A DNA stretch of 64,000 nucleotides from assembly GCA_038231275.1 (NCBI GenBank), contig JBBRLQ010000007.1:1-64000 (forward strand), given 5' to 3'. The notes under the pieces were generated by a model. It saw only the letters and a program-made list of their open reading frames with translations, was not told the origin of the DNA and did not search any database. The DNA is from Polyangiales bacterium (GTDB lineage: Bacteria; Myxococcota_A; Polyangia; Polyangiales; Polyangiaceae). Of this stretch, positions 36,030 through 44,765 are shown one piece after another; the first letter of the stretch is position 1; every line of letters starts with the position of its first letter. A program made the position numbers and the translations under genes.

Positions 36030-37601
36030 ATGCCGAACATGCGTGAGTTGGTGGCGGATCTCGAGGCGCGTCGCGCAAAGATTCGCGAGTTGGGCGGAGC
36101 GGACAAGGTCAAGAAGCAGCACGACCGCGGGAAGATGACCGCGCGCGAGCGCATGAGCGCGTTCTTCGACGACGGCGTCTTCTTCGAGATCGGCGCGCAC
36201 GGCACGCAGATGGGCATGGCCGCTGGACCCGACGGCACCGACAAGCCCCCGGCCGACGGCGTCGTCACCGCGTTCGGCAAGGTCGACGGACGCATGGTCT
36301 GCTGCGCCGCGTACGACTTCACCGTGAAGGGCGGATCGATCGGCTACACCGGCGAAGAGAAGGTCACGCGTCTCCGCCAGATGAGCCTGCGCGGCCGTTG
36401 GCCCATCGTATGGTTCGTCGACTCCGGCGGCGCGCGCATCGATCCGGGCGCGAGCCACCCCGACATGATCTCGCTCTTCGCCGGCTCCGGGCACTTGTTC
36501 CGCGAGCAGGTCGTGATGAGCGGCGTCGTCCCGCAGGTCGCCGCGATGGTCGGCCCCGGCGCGGCCGGCACCGCGTACATCCCGGGCCTCGCCGACTACG
36601 TGCCGATGGTCAAGAACGTCGGCTCGCTCGCGCTCGGCGGCCCTGCGCTCGTCAAAGCAGTCACTGGGCAAGAGATCGGGGAGCAAGAGCTCGGGGGCTC
36701 GAAGGTCCACTCCGAGGTGAGCGGCGTCGGCGACGGTGAGTTCGACGGCGACGCCGCGTGCATCGACGCGACGAAGAAGTACCTCTCGTACTTCCCGTCG
36801 AGCTGCGACGAGCTTCCGCCCGATCTCCCGGTGACCGACCCCATCGAGCGCCGCGACGAGTCGCTCCTCGATCTCCTCCCCGAAACGAATCGCAAGCCGT
36901 ACGACATGTACAAGCTGATTCGCACGCTCGTCGATCACGGTGACATCCTGGACATCAAGCCCCGCTGGGCGCGCAGCATCATCACGTGCTTCGCGCGGAT
37001 CGGCGGAAAATCCGTGGGGATCGTCGCCAACCAGCCAAACTGGCTCGGCGGCATCCTCGACGTCGACAGCGCCGACAAGGCCGCGCGCTTCATCCAGATC
37101 TGCGACGCGTTCAACATGCCGCTCGTCTTCCTCCAAGACGTGCCCGGCTTCATGGTCGGCAGCAAGGTCGAGCACGCCGGCATCATTCGCCACGGCGCGA
37201 AGATGCTCCACGTGATGAGCGCCGCGACCGTGCCCAAGCTCACCGTCGTCGTGCGAAAGGCGTACGGCGCCGGTTACTACGTCATGTGCGGCCGCGCCTA
37301 CGAGCCGGATCTCATCGTCTCGTGGCCAACCGCCGAGATCAGCGTCATGGGCGCGGAGGGGATGGTCGGCATCGCCGCACGCAAGCTCTTCGGCGGCCAG
37401 GATCCGCCGCCCGAGGCGAAGAAGGCCATCGTCGAAATGATCCAGAAGAACATCGACATCTACAAAGTGGCCGGCTGGGGCCTCGTCGACGAAGTGATCG
37501 ATCCGCGCGACACGCGGCGCGTGCTGGCGTGGGGCCTCGAGCTCGCGCGCCACAAGAAGATCGAGCGCCCGGCCCGCAAGCGCGGCGTCATCCCGGTCTA
37601 G
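36030..37601 (+). CDS. Acyl-CoA carboxylase carboxyltransferase (beta) subunit
   Basis: Motifs QHDRGKMTARER, DFTVKGGS, DSGGARI, ANQP, DVPGFMVG and RKAYGAG. Confidence 0.94.
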   Translation: MPNMRELVADLEARRAKIRELGGADKVKKQHDRGKMTARERMSAFFDDGVFFEIGAHGTQMGMAAGPDGTDKPPADGVVTAFGKVDGRMVCCAAYDFTVKGGSIGYTGEEKVTRLRQMSLRGRWPIVWFVDSGGARIDPGASHPDMISLFAGSGHLFREQVVMSGVVPQVAAMVGPGAAGTAYIPGLADYVPMVKNVGSLALGGPALVKAVTGQEIGEQELGGSKVHSEVSGVGDGEFDGDAACIDATKKYLSYFPSSCDELPPDLPVTDPIERRDESLLDLLPETNRKPYDMYKLIRTLVDHGDILDIKPRWARSIITCFARIGGKSVGIVANQPNWLGGILDVDSADKAARFIQICDAFNMPLVFLQDVPGFMVGSKVEHAGIIRHGAKMLHVMSAATVPKLTVVVRKAYGAGYYVMCGRAYEPDLIVSWPTAEISVMGAEGMVGIAARKLFGGQDPPPEAKKAIVEMIQKNIDIYKVAGWGLVDEVIDPRDTRRVLAWGLELARHKKIERPARKRGVIPV

Positions 37602-37628
37602 CGTCTGTCTCGACGAGCGACCTAGCGA

Positions 37629-38585
37629 TCACTCCGCCGCCGTCGGGGCCGCTTCGCAGACGCGGTTGCGGCCGCCTTGCTTGGCCGCGTAGAGGGCGGC
37701 GTCGGCGGCGTCGAGGAGCGTTTGCACGGTCAGCTGTTCTTTGGGGATCGCGCCGGTCGTGGCGAAGCCGACGCTCGTGGTTACGGGCACCGGCTTGCCC
37801 CTCGACAGGAGGTTCAGCGCCTCGATCTGCTCGCGGATCCGCTCGCAGCACGTGCGCGCGCCGGAGCCGGGCGTCTCCGTCAGGATGAGCCCGAACTCCT
37901 CGCCGCCGTAGCGGCACGCCGCGTCGGTCGCGCGTACGCTCGACGCGAGCACCTCGCCAGTCGCCATGAGCACGCGATCGCCGAACGGATGGCCGTGGCC
38001 GTCGTTCAGCTTCTTGAAGTGATCGAGATCGACGAGCACCAGCGTGACCTCGCGCCCGTAGCGGCGCGCGGCGGCGACCTCGTCCTGGAGGCGCTGGTTG
38101 AAGTACCCGCGGTTCCAGAGCCCGGTGAGGCCGTCGATCTGCGCGCGCTGAGCGAGGAGATCCTGGTAGCGCTTGGTTCGCAGCGCGGCCCGGACGCGCG
38201 CGCGGAGCTCGGCGGTGTTGAACGGCTTGGTCACGAAGTCGACGGCGCCGAGATCGAACCCCGCCACCTTGTCGTCGACGTCGGATGCGGCGGACAAAAA
38301 GATGACGGGGATCGCCGAGGTCACCGGATCGGCCTTGAGCGCACGACACACGTCGAAGCCGTTCATCTTGGGCATGTCGATGTCGAGGAGCACGAGATCC
38401 GGCACGAGCGCCTTCGCGTGCGCGATGCCCTCGGCGGCGGAGTGCGCGTGGTGCAGCTCGATGCCCTCGGCGCGCAGGCGCAGCCGGAGCAGATCGTGGA
38501 TGTCCTGCGTGTCGTCGATCGCGAGGACCGACTGCGCCTTATGTGCCGGCGCGCCGGACTTGTCGTTCGCGTCCTCTTGGCTCAA
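37629..38585 (-). CDS. Response regulator diguanylate cyclase (REC-GGDEF)
   Basis: REC domain with LLDIDMP and KP; DGLTGL, RATD I-site and RYGGEEF. TTG start inferred. Confidence 0.93.
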   Translation of the reverse strand: MSQEDANDKSGAPAHKAQSVLAIDDTQDIHDLLRLRLRAEGIELHHAHSAAEGIAHAKALVPDLVLLDIDMPKMNGFDVCRALKADPVTSAIPVIFLSAASDVDDKVAGFDLGAVDFVTKPFNTAELRARVRAALRTKRYQDLLAQRAQIDGLTGLWNRGYFNQRLQDEVAAARRYGREVTLVLVDLDHFKKLNDGHGHPFGDRVLMATGEVLASSVRATDAACRYGGEEFGLILTETPGSGARTCCERIREQIEALNLLSRGKPVPVTTSVGFATTGAIPKEQLTVQTLLDAADAALYAAKQGGRNRVCEAAPTAAE

Positions 38586-39303
38586 CCGCGCTCTCGCTCC
38601 GTGTGCTGGGCAGCGGCACACTCGCGCGCGCGATGGAAACGAGGCGGCAGAGCTCCTCGACGCGCCCCCTCAATTTATCAGGGTTGTCGCCCGATAGGAC
38701 AGCTCTGTCGGCGGCCGCAGCGGCCTCGGTTATCGAAGGGAATCCGTAACTCTCGCCGGAGCCTTTGAGCTGCAAGACGAGGTGCCGGAGCGTTCCGGTG
38801 TCCCCGGCGGCGAGCGCGCTCCGGATCGCGGTGGCGCGGGCGGGCAGTCCCTCGACGTAAGGGCGAACGATCTCCATCATCTCCTCGTCGTTCGCGTGCT
38901 CGCTCACGAGGACGCAGGGGATCACCCCGCTCCGTCGCGGCGCCGGACGAACGTGCCGTTTCAGCAAGCGGTCCGTCGCATCGGTCGTCAGCGGGAGCGA
39001 CATGTAGTCATCGAACCCCGCAAGGAGGCACTCCTCCTCCTGGGGCTCCGACGAGCACGAGGTCAGCGCGACGATCGGGCCGGTGAACCCGCGCTTTCGC
39101 AGCGCGCGCGCCACGGCGAGGCCGCCCGAGCCAGGCAGATCGAGCGCGAGGAGCACGAGGGCGAAGGGGACGTCGCTCTCGTCGGCCTCGAGCGCGCGCG
39201 CGATCGCGGTCGCGCCGTCGTGCACGCCGATCACCTGCGCGCGAGGCGTCTCGAGGGTGGCGTCGGGGTCGCGGTCGGCGAGCAGGATCGTGGGCTTGGC
39301 CAT
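38539..39303 (-). CDS. Degenerate REC + Hpt domain protein
   Basis: REC-like VLLALDLPG...PIVALT...CLLAGFDDYMSLP; Hpt-like LQLKGSGESYGF. Confidence 0.8.
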   Translation of the reverse strand: MAKPTILLADRDPDATLETPRAQVIGVHDGATAIARALEADESDVPFALVLLALDLPGSGGLAVARALRKRGFTGPIVALTSCSSEPQEEECLLAGFDDYMSLPLTTDATDRLLKRHVRPAPRRSGVIPCVLVSEHANDEEMMEIVRPYVEGLPARATAIRSALAAGDTGTLRHLVLQLKGSGESYGFPSITEAAAAADRAVLSGDNPDKLRGRVEELCRLVSIARASVPLPSTRSESAVEPRGRERQVRRAGT

Positions 39304-39375
39304 TGGAGCGGTTCTGGTCCTCGAGGCCGGAACGGCACCTGCGCGCGATGCTTGAGCCTTAATCGCTCGCGCGTT

Positions 39376-40785
39376 TCAGCCGCTGACGGGCGCCGGCGCG
39401 TCGGTCACGCGGGCAAGGAGAGGTCGCACCGCGCCGTACAGGTTGGGGTACGGCCTGAGCGCGAGGACGCACGCGCTCAAACGCGCCGCGCTCGACGTCT
39501 CCGGATCCTCGCCGGGAGGCGCGAGCGCGCCGTCGGTCGGCAGCATCGACATGAGCCACGCGTGGAGCATCCCCGGCAGCTCGGGGGCGTCGCACTGGCC
39601 GAGCGCAGCGGCGGCGTCCGCCGGATTGGGCGCGACCGCGAAGTACGTGACCAAGCGCATCACGTCGCGCGGGCGACCCGTGCGCGCGAGCACCTCGGCG
39701 AAGGCGGCGCTCGCGAACGGGTGGTCGGTGACGCGCAGCATCTCGGCGCCGATCGCGTCGAGCGCCGGATCTCCGCCGCGCGAAATGACACCACGCACGC
39801 GCGGCAGCGTCGTCGACCCGCTCTCTAGCGCACGCGCGAGCACGCCCGCGGCGTCGGGCGTCGCCCAGCTCGTGGGCATCCACGACACCGGCCGCACGCT
39901 GGGGATCCGCGCCGGCGCGAGATCCTCGACCGGAAGGTGCGGATGCACGGTGGCGAAGATGAGCGCGCCGCGCTGGGCGAGGAGCCGCGCGAGATCGGCG
40001 ACCATGCGATCGAGGTGGATCCGCGTACCGTCGCCCGCGTCGCGCTCCACGCGCGCGATCGCCTGCGCCAACTCGCGCGGGTCGCGCGTGACGAACGCGT
40101 CCAGCTCCGCGCGCTCGAGGAGCGCCATGCGGCGGGAAGAGCGAGCCACCTCGGGCTCGAGGTCGAGGGGCAGGAGCGCGACGCTCGACTTCCGTAGGAT
40201 GTCGATGCCCACGTCCGCGGAGCGCAGGCGGAGCGCCGCCTCTCGGACGCGCGCCTCCGGCCACGGCCCTACCGACGTCAGCGCGGCCAGCCGGATGCAC
40301 GCCTCGAACAGCGGTCCGCGACGGTCGGGCACGAGGAGGCGTGGATCGTACGCCGCGCAAGCACGCACGAGCTCGCGCGCGACCTCCGCGCCGGCGAACG
40401 CCTCGGCCAGCGACGTGTCGGGATCGGTGCTGGCCGCGACCGCGAGCACCAACGCAGCGACGGTCGGCTCGCCGGCGTACAGCGGCCCCTCGTCGCTCGC
40501 GGCCCGCGCGTGGCGTGCGATCGCGCGCCTCAGTCGATCCATCATCGGATCGCCGGCGCCGGCGACCAGCTTGGCGATCAGGCGATCCCAGCTGGACGAC
40601 GTGGGACGGCTGGGCGGCGGAGCGTCCAGATCCGCCTCGTCGCTCGCGAGCCGCAGCCGCGCGAGGAGGCGCGCGGTCGGGATGCCGGCATAGAACGCGC
40701 GCGCGAGCGAGGCGTCGGCGACGAGCAGCTCGACGAGATCGTCGGGCTGGACGTCGATGCCGACCTCGATCGCCTGCGTCCCCAT
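39376..40785 (-). CDS. Hypothetical helical protein
   Basis: Long ORF with coding-like codon usage, co-oriented with its neighbours; no motif recognised. Confidence 0.7.
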   Translation of the reverse strand: MGTQAIEVGIDVQPDDLVELLVADASLARAFYAGIPTARLLARLRLASDEADLDAPPPSRPTSSSWDRLIAKLVAGAGDPMMDRLRRAIARHARAASDEGPLYAGEPTVAALVLAVAASTDPDTSLAEAFAGAEVARELVRACAAYDPRLLVPDRRGPLFEACIRLAALTSVGPWPEARVREAALRLRSADVGIDILRKSSVALLPLDLEPEVARSSRRMALLERAELDAFVTRDPRELAQAIARVERDAGDGTRIHLDRMVADLARLLAQRGALIFATVHPHLPVEDLAPARIPSVRPVSWMPTSWATPDAAGVLARALESGSTTLPRVRGVISRGGDPALDAIGAEMLRVTDHPFASAAFAEVLARTGRPRDVMRLVTYFAVAPNPADAAAALGQCDAPELPGMLHAWLMSMLPTDGALAPPGEDPETSSAARLSACVLALRPYPNLYGAVRPLLARVTDAPAPVSG

Positions 40786-40792
40786 CCTGCCT

Positions 40793-41836
40793 TCAGTCTA
40801 GCGCGGGACGGGAAGACTGCGACGACCATCGCGTGCGGCGCAGGCGCAGGCGGGTCGCTTTGGTCGCCGTCGCCACGCCGTCGAAGGTGACCAGGCCCAC
40901 CGAGCGCCCCGACGCCCGGCGAGTGTCCAGGATCGACGTCACTTCGTACACACCGGCGAGGTCGAGCGTGTGGCGCGGACAGAGCTGGGAGAGCAGCACG
41001 GAGATGGCGCGATGGCCCTTCGGCGCGATCGTGTCGTACAGCTCGCGGATCGGCGAATCGACCGCGCGCGTGCCGCCGCACCGCGAGAGCGTGCCATCCG
41101 GGCCGATGACATCGAACGCGAGCGTCTCGGTGCGAAAGAGGAACGTCGTGGGTTTGGTGCCGTGGTTCGCGACGGTCACCGCGACGGCGACCTCGTTAGC
41201 GTGCGTTGCGTCCGCATGCTCCTGGGACGAGACGACGAGCGAGGCCGCCCCGTCGTCCGTCGACGCCGCAAGGGAAGGGGGCTCGGCCGAGACGCCGGCG
41301 ACGGCCGCGACGGTCCACGGCGCCGAGACGATCTCCTTGGCCGGTGCCACCGCCGGCGTCACGCCTTCGAGCGGCTCCACCTCGAACGGCCCCGCCGCCT
41401 TTCGACCCTTCGGCGGGCTCGCCCAGCCCAGGTGCGCCACGACGGCGGCGCCGGGCGCGAGCGCCGCGGCCTCGGCCGCGCCGAAGCAGTAGACGCGCGG
41501 ATCGAACGACTCGACGTAGGCGCGCTGAGGCGGGACGACGAGGGCGCGCTCGTCGGCGACCTCGGGTCGCATGTCGCCCGGGAGCACGCAGCGCAGCGCC
41601 TTCTTCGCCCCTGCCGGCGTCACCTCGAACGACAAGAGGCGCGCGTCGGCCATCACCCGCACGGGCACCGCGCCCGCGTTCTCCACGCGCATCCGCCACC
41701 GCGACGGCGACTCCTCCGCCACCGTGAGGCGCACGTCGGGAGGAGGGGCGGGGGGCGCAGGCGGCGTGGCGGCGGGCTTCACGAGCGCCGCGGCGAGCGC
41801 GGCGGCGGCGAGGGCGAGCGGCGGGTGCACCATCAC
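40793..41836 (-). CDS. Hypothetical exported protein with two beta-sandwich-like domains
   Basis: Signal-like N-terminus; two V.N.G..P...C...C modules. Confidence 0.65.
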   Translation of the reverse strand: MMVHPPLALAAAALAAALVKPAATPPAPPAPPPDVRLTVAEESPSRWRMRVENAGAVPVRVMADARLLSFEVTPAGAKKALRCVLPGDMRPEVADERALVVPPQRAYVESFDPRVYCFGAAEAAALAPGAAVVAHLGWASPPKGRKAAGPFEVEPLEGVTPAVAPAKEIVSAPWTVAAVAGVSAEPPSLAASTDDGAASLVVSSQEHADATHANEVAVAVTVANHGTKPTTFLFRTETLAFDVIGPDGTLSRCGGTRAVDSPIRELYDTIAPKGHRAISVLLSQLCPRHTLDLAGVYEVTSILDTRRASGRSVGLVTFDGVATATKATRLRLRRTRWSSQSSRPALD

Positions 41837-41888
41837 CCCCTAGGATACCTGTGAACGTGGCAGGATACGGTCCAGGAAATCATCCCCC

Positions 41889-42686
41889 GTGAGTCTGGGC
41901 TTCTCCCTATCGAAATGGACCATGGACGTCGTCTCCGACGAGGGGGAGGCGGTCGTCGTTTACGCCGCGGAGCTGAATTTCGCGGCGCTTCACTTGCACT
42001 ATGCAAGCGTCGTCCACAGCCGCGGGCTGCGCGTCCATGCGACCGCCTCGCTGCGAAAGGCGACGCGGACGCACGAGGACGGGGTCCTGACGTTCAAATC
42101 GCGCGCGCTCGAGACGCAAGGCACCTGGCGCGCCGACGACGCTGCCACGCCGACCGAAGGGGCGCCCGAGACGATGCTCGACGAGGACGGCGGGCGCGTC
42201 GAGTGGACGTGCCACATGCCGCTCGCGCGCGCGGAGGTCACTCTGGAAGGTGGGCGCGTCGTGCGTGGGCTCGGGTACGTCGAAGAGCTGCACATGACGG
42301 TCGCGCCCTGGAGCCTTCCCATCGAAGAGCTGCGCTGGGGCCGCTTCACTGCCGCAGGGTCGAGCCTCGTGTGGCTGGATTGGCGAGGGGCTCGCGCGAA
42401 GACCGTGGTGCTCAAGAACGGCGCGCGCGTCACGGGCACCGTGGAGAACGCCGCCGTGGATCTCGGCGAGGACGAGGCGCGGCTCCAGATCGAAGAAGGG
42501 CGCGCGCTCCGCGAAGGCACCCTCGGCGGCAACGCCCTCGCAGCGCTCGCGGAGCTCTACCCGGTCTTGCCGCCGAAGATCCTCCGCGCGACGGAGCGAA
42601 TGAGCGTGGCCCCCGCGGTGCTCGAGCAGCCGTTCATGACGCCGGTGAAGGGATGGGCGATCTCGCAGATCGTCACGTGGCCGTGA
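41889..42686 (+). CDS. Hypothetical protein (possible AttH/lipocalin-like beta fold)
   Basis: KWTMDVV, W.C..P.A, GLGYVEEL...PW.LP...LRWGRF pattern. Confidence 0.65.
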   Translation: MSLGFSLSKWTMDVVSDEGEAVVVYAAELNFAALHLHYASVVHSRGLRVHATASLRKATRTHEDGVLTFKSRALETQGTWRADDAATPTEGAPETMLDEDGGRVEWTCHMPLARAEVTLEGGRVVRGLGYVEELHMTVAPWSLPIEELRWGRFTAAGSSLVWLDWRGARAKTVVLKNGARVTGTVENAAVDLGEDEARLQIEEGRALREGTLGGNALAALAELYPVLPPKILRATERMSVAPAVLEQPFMTPVKGWAISQIVTWP

Positions 42687-42695
42687 GGCTGCGGC

Positions 42696-43670
42696 TCACG
42701 GAGCGTGAATCCAGCGCAGGCTCTTGCACGACGTCGCAGCCTCCACCTCGCGCGCGATCTCCGCGACGCGCACGAGGGCCGAGAGGCGAGGCACCACGAG
42801 CACGGAGGACGAGCTCAGCGTGAGCCACGGAGCAACCTGGCCTGGCGGCGTGACGTGCGCGAACGTGTCGAGATCGTGCGCGTCGCGCAGCCCGTTCGCC
42901 GCCATCGCGCGGCCCAATTGCCGAGCGGCGTCGATCAGCTCCTCCCGGTCGGGCGCTTGTCGAAGCGCGAGATCCTCCGCGGTGAGGACGAGCGCGATCA
43001 CGGAGCCGTCGTCGAGCACCTTCTCGCGCAGCACCCGCGCGCAAGCCTCCGCCGCGTCGCGCGCGGGCAACTCGAAGACTGCCGCGCGCGAAGCCGCCCA
43101 CACGAGGAAGCGCGCTTGCTCGGCGAGGGGAGGCCCGCTGCCTGGCGCATCCCACAGAGCGAAGCAGGTCTCCTCGGGCGCCAGCTTCGAACCCTCGCAC
43201 CGCGCGACGAGGCGCACGTCGAGGTCCCTCCGGCCCGCCGACTCGGCGGCGATGGCACGCGCGGCGATCAGCGCGGGGGCGTAGCGCGCCGCCTCGCGTC
43301 GGAACTGATCCTCCGCGTCGCCCTCGTCGTCTCCGAGATCGTCGCCGAGCGGTGAGAGTCGCGCTTCGAGCCGCGCCGTGGCGTACCTCATTCGCTCGAG
43401 CAGGCGTCGTCGTTCGGCGGGCGGCGCGGACGCCAGCGCGAGGGACATCGCGCGCTCTTCCCGCGCGTCGTTCGGCGCTTCGCCGGCTTCCGGAGCGTTG
43501 CGCGCGCGGACGACGACTCCCGGCGCATCACCGGCGCGCGCGAAGCGGTCGCGTACGACACTCCATGTGACGCCTGCCGCGAGCGCTGCGCCGACCAGCG
43601 CTACGGCGACCCGATGCGGCCGCCGCAGCCTCGTTCCCGCATCAGCGGCGCTTGGCGCTGAGCTCGGCAC
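42696..43670 (-). CDS. Hypothetical membrane-anchored protein
   Basis: N-terminal TM (VAVALVGAALAAGVTW); start uncertain (43670 or 43700). Confidence 0.55.
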   Translation of the reverse strand: MPSSAPSAADAGTRLRRPHRVAVALVGAALAAGVTWSVVRDRFARAGDAPGVVVRARNAPEAGEAPNDAREERAMSLALASAPPAERRRLLERMRYATARLEARLSPLGDDLGDDEGDAEDQFRREAARYAPALIAARAIAAESAGRRDLDVRLVARCEGSKLAPEETCFALWDAPGSGPPLAEQARFLVWAASRAAVFELPARDAAEACARVLREKVLDDGSVIALVLTAEDLALRQAPDREELIDAARQLGRAMAANGLRDAHDLDTFAHVTPPGQVAPWLTLSSSSVLVVPRLSALVRVAEIAREVEAATSCKSLRWIHAP

Positions 43671-44409
43671 CGCCGCTCGTCTTGCCGCTCGCGAGGCCAT
43701 CGGTGAAGGTCAGGTTGACCGTGCCCTGGGAGTTGTTCTGCGAGCACGTCGCGCTGAAGAGGTTGTCTTGGAAGGTGACGTCGCACGTGGCGCTCGGCGT
43801 CACCAAGGTCCACGCGCCGCCGAAATCGCCGAAAATCGACGCGTGCACGCTGCGGCGCTGCGCGGTCGTGACCCCCGCCGCGCCGCCCGATCCGCGGAGC
43901 GACTCGAGGGGCGAGCCGATCGAGGTGCAGTTGATGCTCACGGAGTCGGGGTGCGCCTCGCCGTTGCAGCGTTCTTGAGACTGCCCGGCGAAGGTCCACG
44001 CGCCGCCCAGGGCGAGCGGCAACGCGCCGAGGGAGAGCGCGCCCGCCGTGTGCGTCGTCGTGAGCGGGCCGGTGAACGTCTTGTACGACGTGTACACGTA
44101 CGTCAAATCGGGCGCGGCGTTGGAGAGGTCGATGTTCAGGTGAAACCCGCTCACGTCGAACAGGAACGTCTTGTCCGAAATCGTGACGGTGGCGGTGTCC
44201 TCGTGCGTGCCGCTGCTCACGACGACGTCCCATGTTCCGCTCAGGGTTCCGCCGGCCGGGAAGGAGCCGCTGCTCGTCCCACCGCTCGCGCCGCTGGTCC
44301 CCGACGTCCCGCTGGTCCCCGTGGTCCCCGAGCTCGTGGACGTCGTGCTGCCCGAGCATGCGACGAGCGCCAACGCGACAACGAATCCCCCAACGAGCGC
44401 GCGCTTCAT
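43642..44409 (-). CDS. Hypothetical lipoprotein with an SGT-repeat linker
   Basis: MKRALVGGFVVALALVAC lipobox; (SGT)n linker; beta-rich domain. Confidence 0.8.
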   Translation of the reverse strand: MKRALVGGFVVALALVACSGSTTSTSSGTTGTSGTSGTSGASGGTSSGSFPAGGTLSGTWDVVVSSGTHEDTATVTISDKTFLFDVSGFHLNIDLSNAAPDLTYVYTSYKTFTGPLTTTHTAGALSLGALPLALGGAWTFAGQSQERCNGEAHPDSVSINCTSIGSPLESLRGSGGAAGVTTAQRRSVHASIFGDFGGAWTLVTPSATCDVTFQDNLFSATCSQNNSQGTVNLTFTDGLASGKTSGGAELSAKRR

Positions 44410-44437
44410 GGGGCGGCACCGTAGCATGCAGGTCTGG

Positions 44438-44764
44438 TCAGCGCTTGTGGCTCAATTTCGCGAGCGGAACGGTGCCTACGACGTTGCGCAGCTGCTGGAG
44501 CTGCGACTCGTTGAAGTCGCCGCGCGCGTCGATGCTCGCGTGATCCTTGTGCCGGAGGATGCGCACCGTGCCTTGCCCGACCTTCGGGCGCTTCACGACG
44601 TCCTTCAAGTCCGAGAGCACGCGCGGCGAGAGATCGCCGTGCGTGAGCTCGAGCTTGCCCTCTCTCACCTCGCAGATCGCCACCGTGATGGCGCCCCGCG
44701 CGGCGAACCACAAAACGCCGATCGCGATCACCGTTGCGACGGCGATCGCTATCAGCACTTCCAC
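44438..44764 (-). CDS. DUF3634-like small membrane-anchored protein
   Basis: N-terminal TM, VREGK...G...P, and QQLRNV; directly follows the HARE-HTH gene. Confidence 0.7.
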   Translation of the reverse strand: MEVLIAIAVATVIAIGVLWFAARGAITVAICEVREGKLELTHGDLSPRVLSDLKDVVKRPKVGQGTVRILRHKDHASIDARGDFNESQLQQLRNVVGTVPLAKLSHKR

Positions 44765-44765
44765 G

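Noticed and set aside
43601-43642. TGATG-coupled ATG after the lipoprotein gene, suggesting a frameshifted start of the downstream gene
   Set aside because: It gives only a 13-aa peptide, and an in-frame GTG at 43670 explains the downstream ORF without a frameshift.
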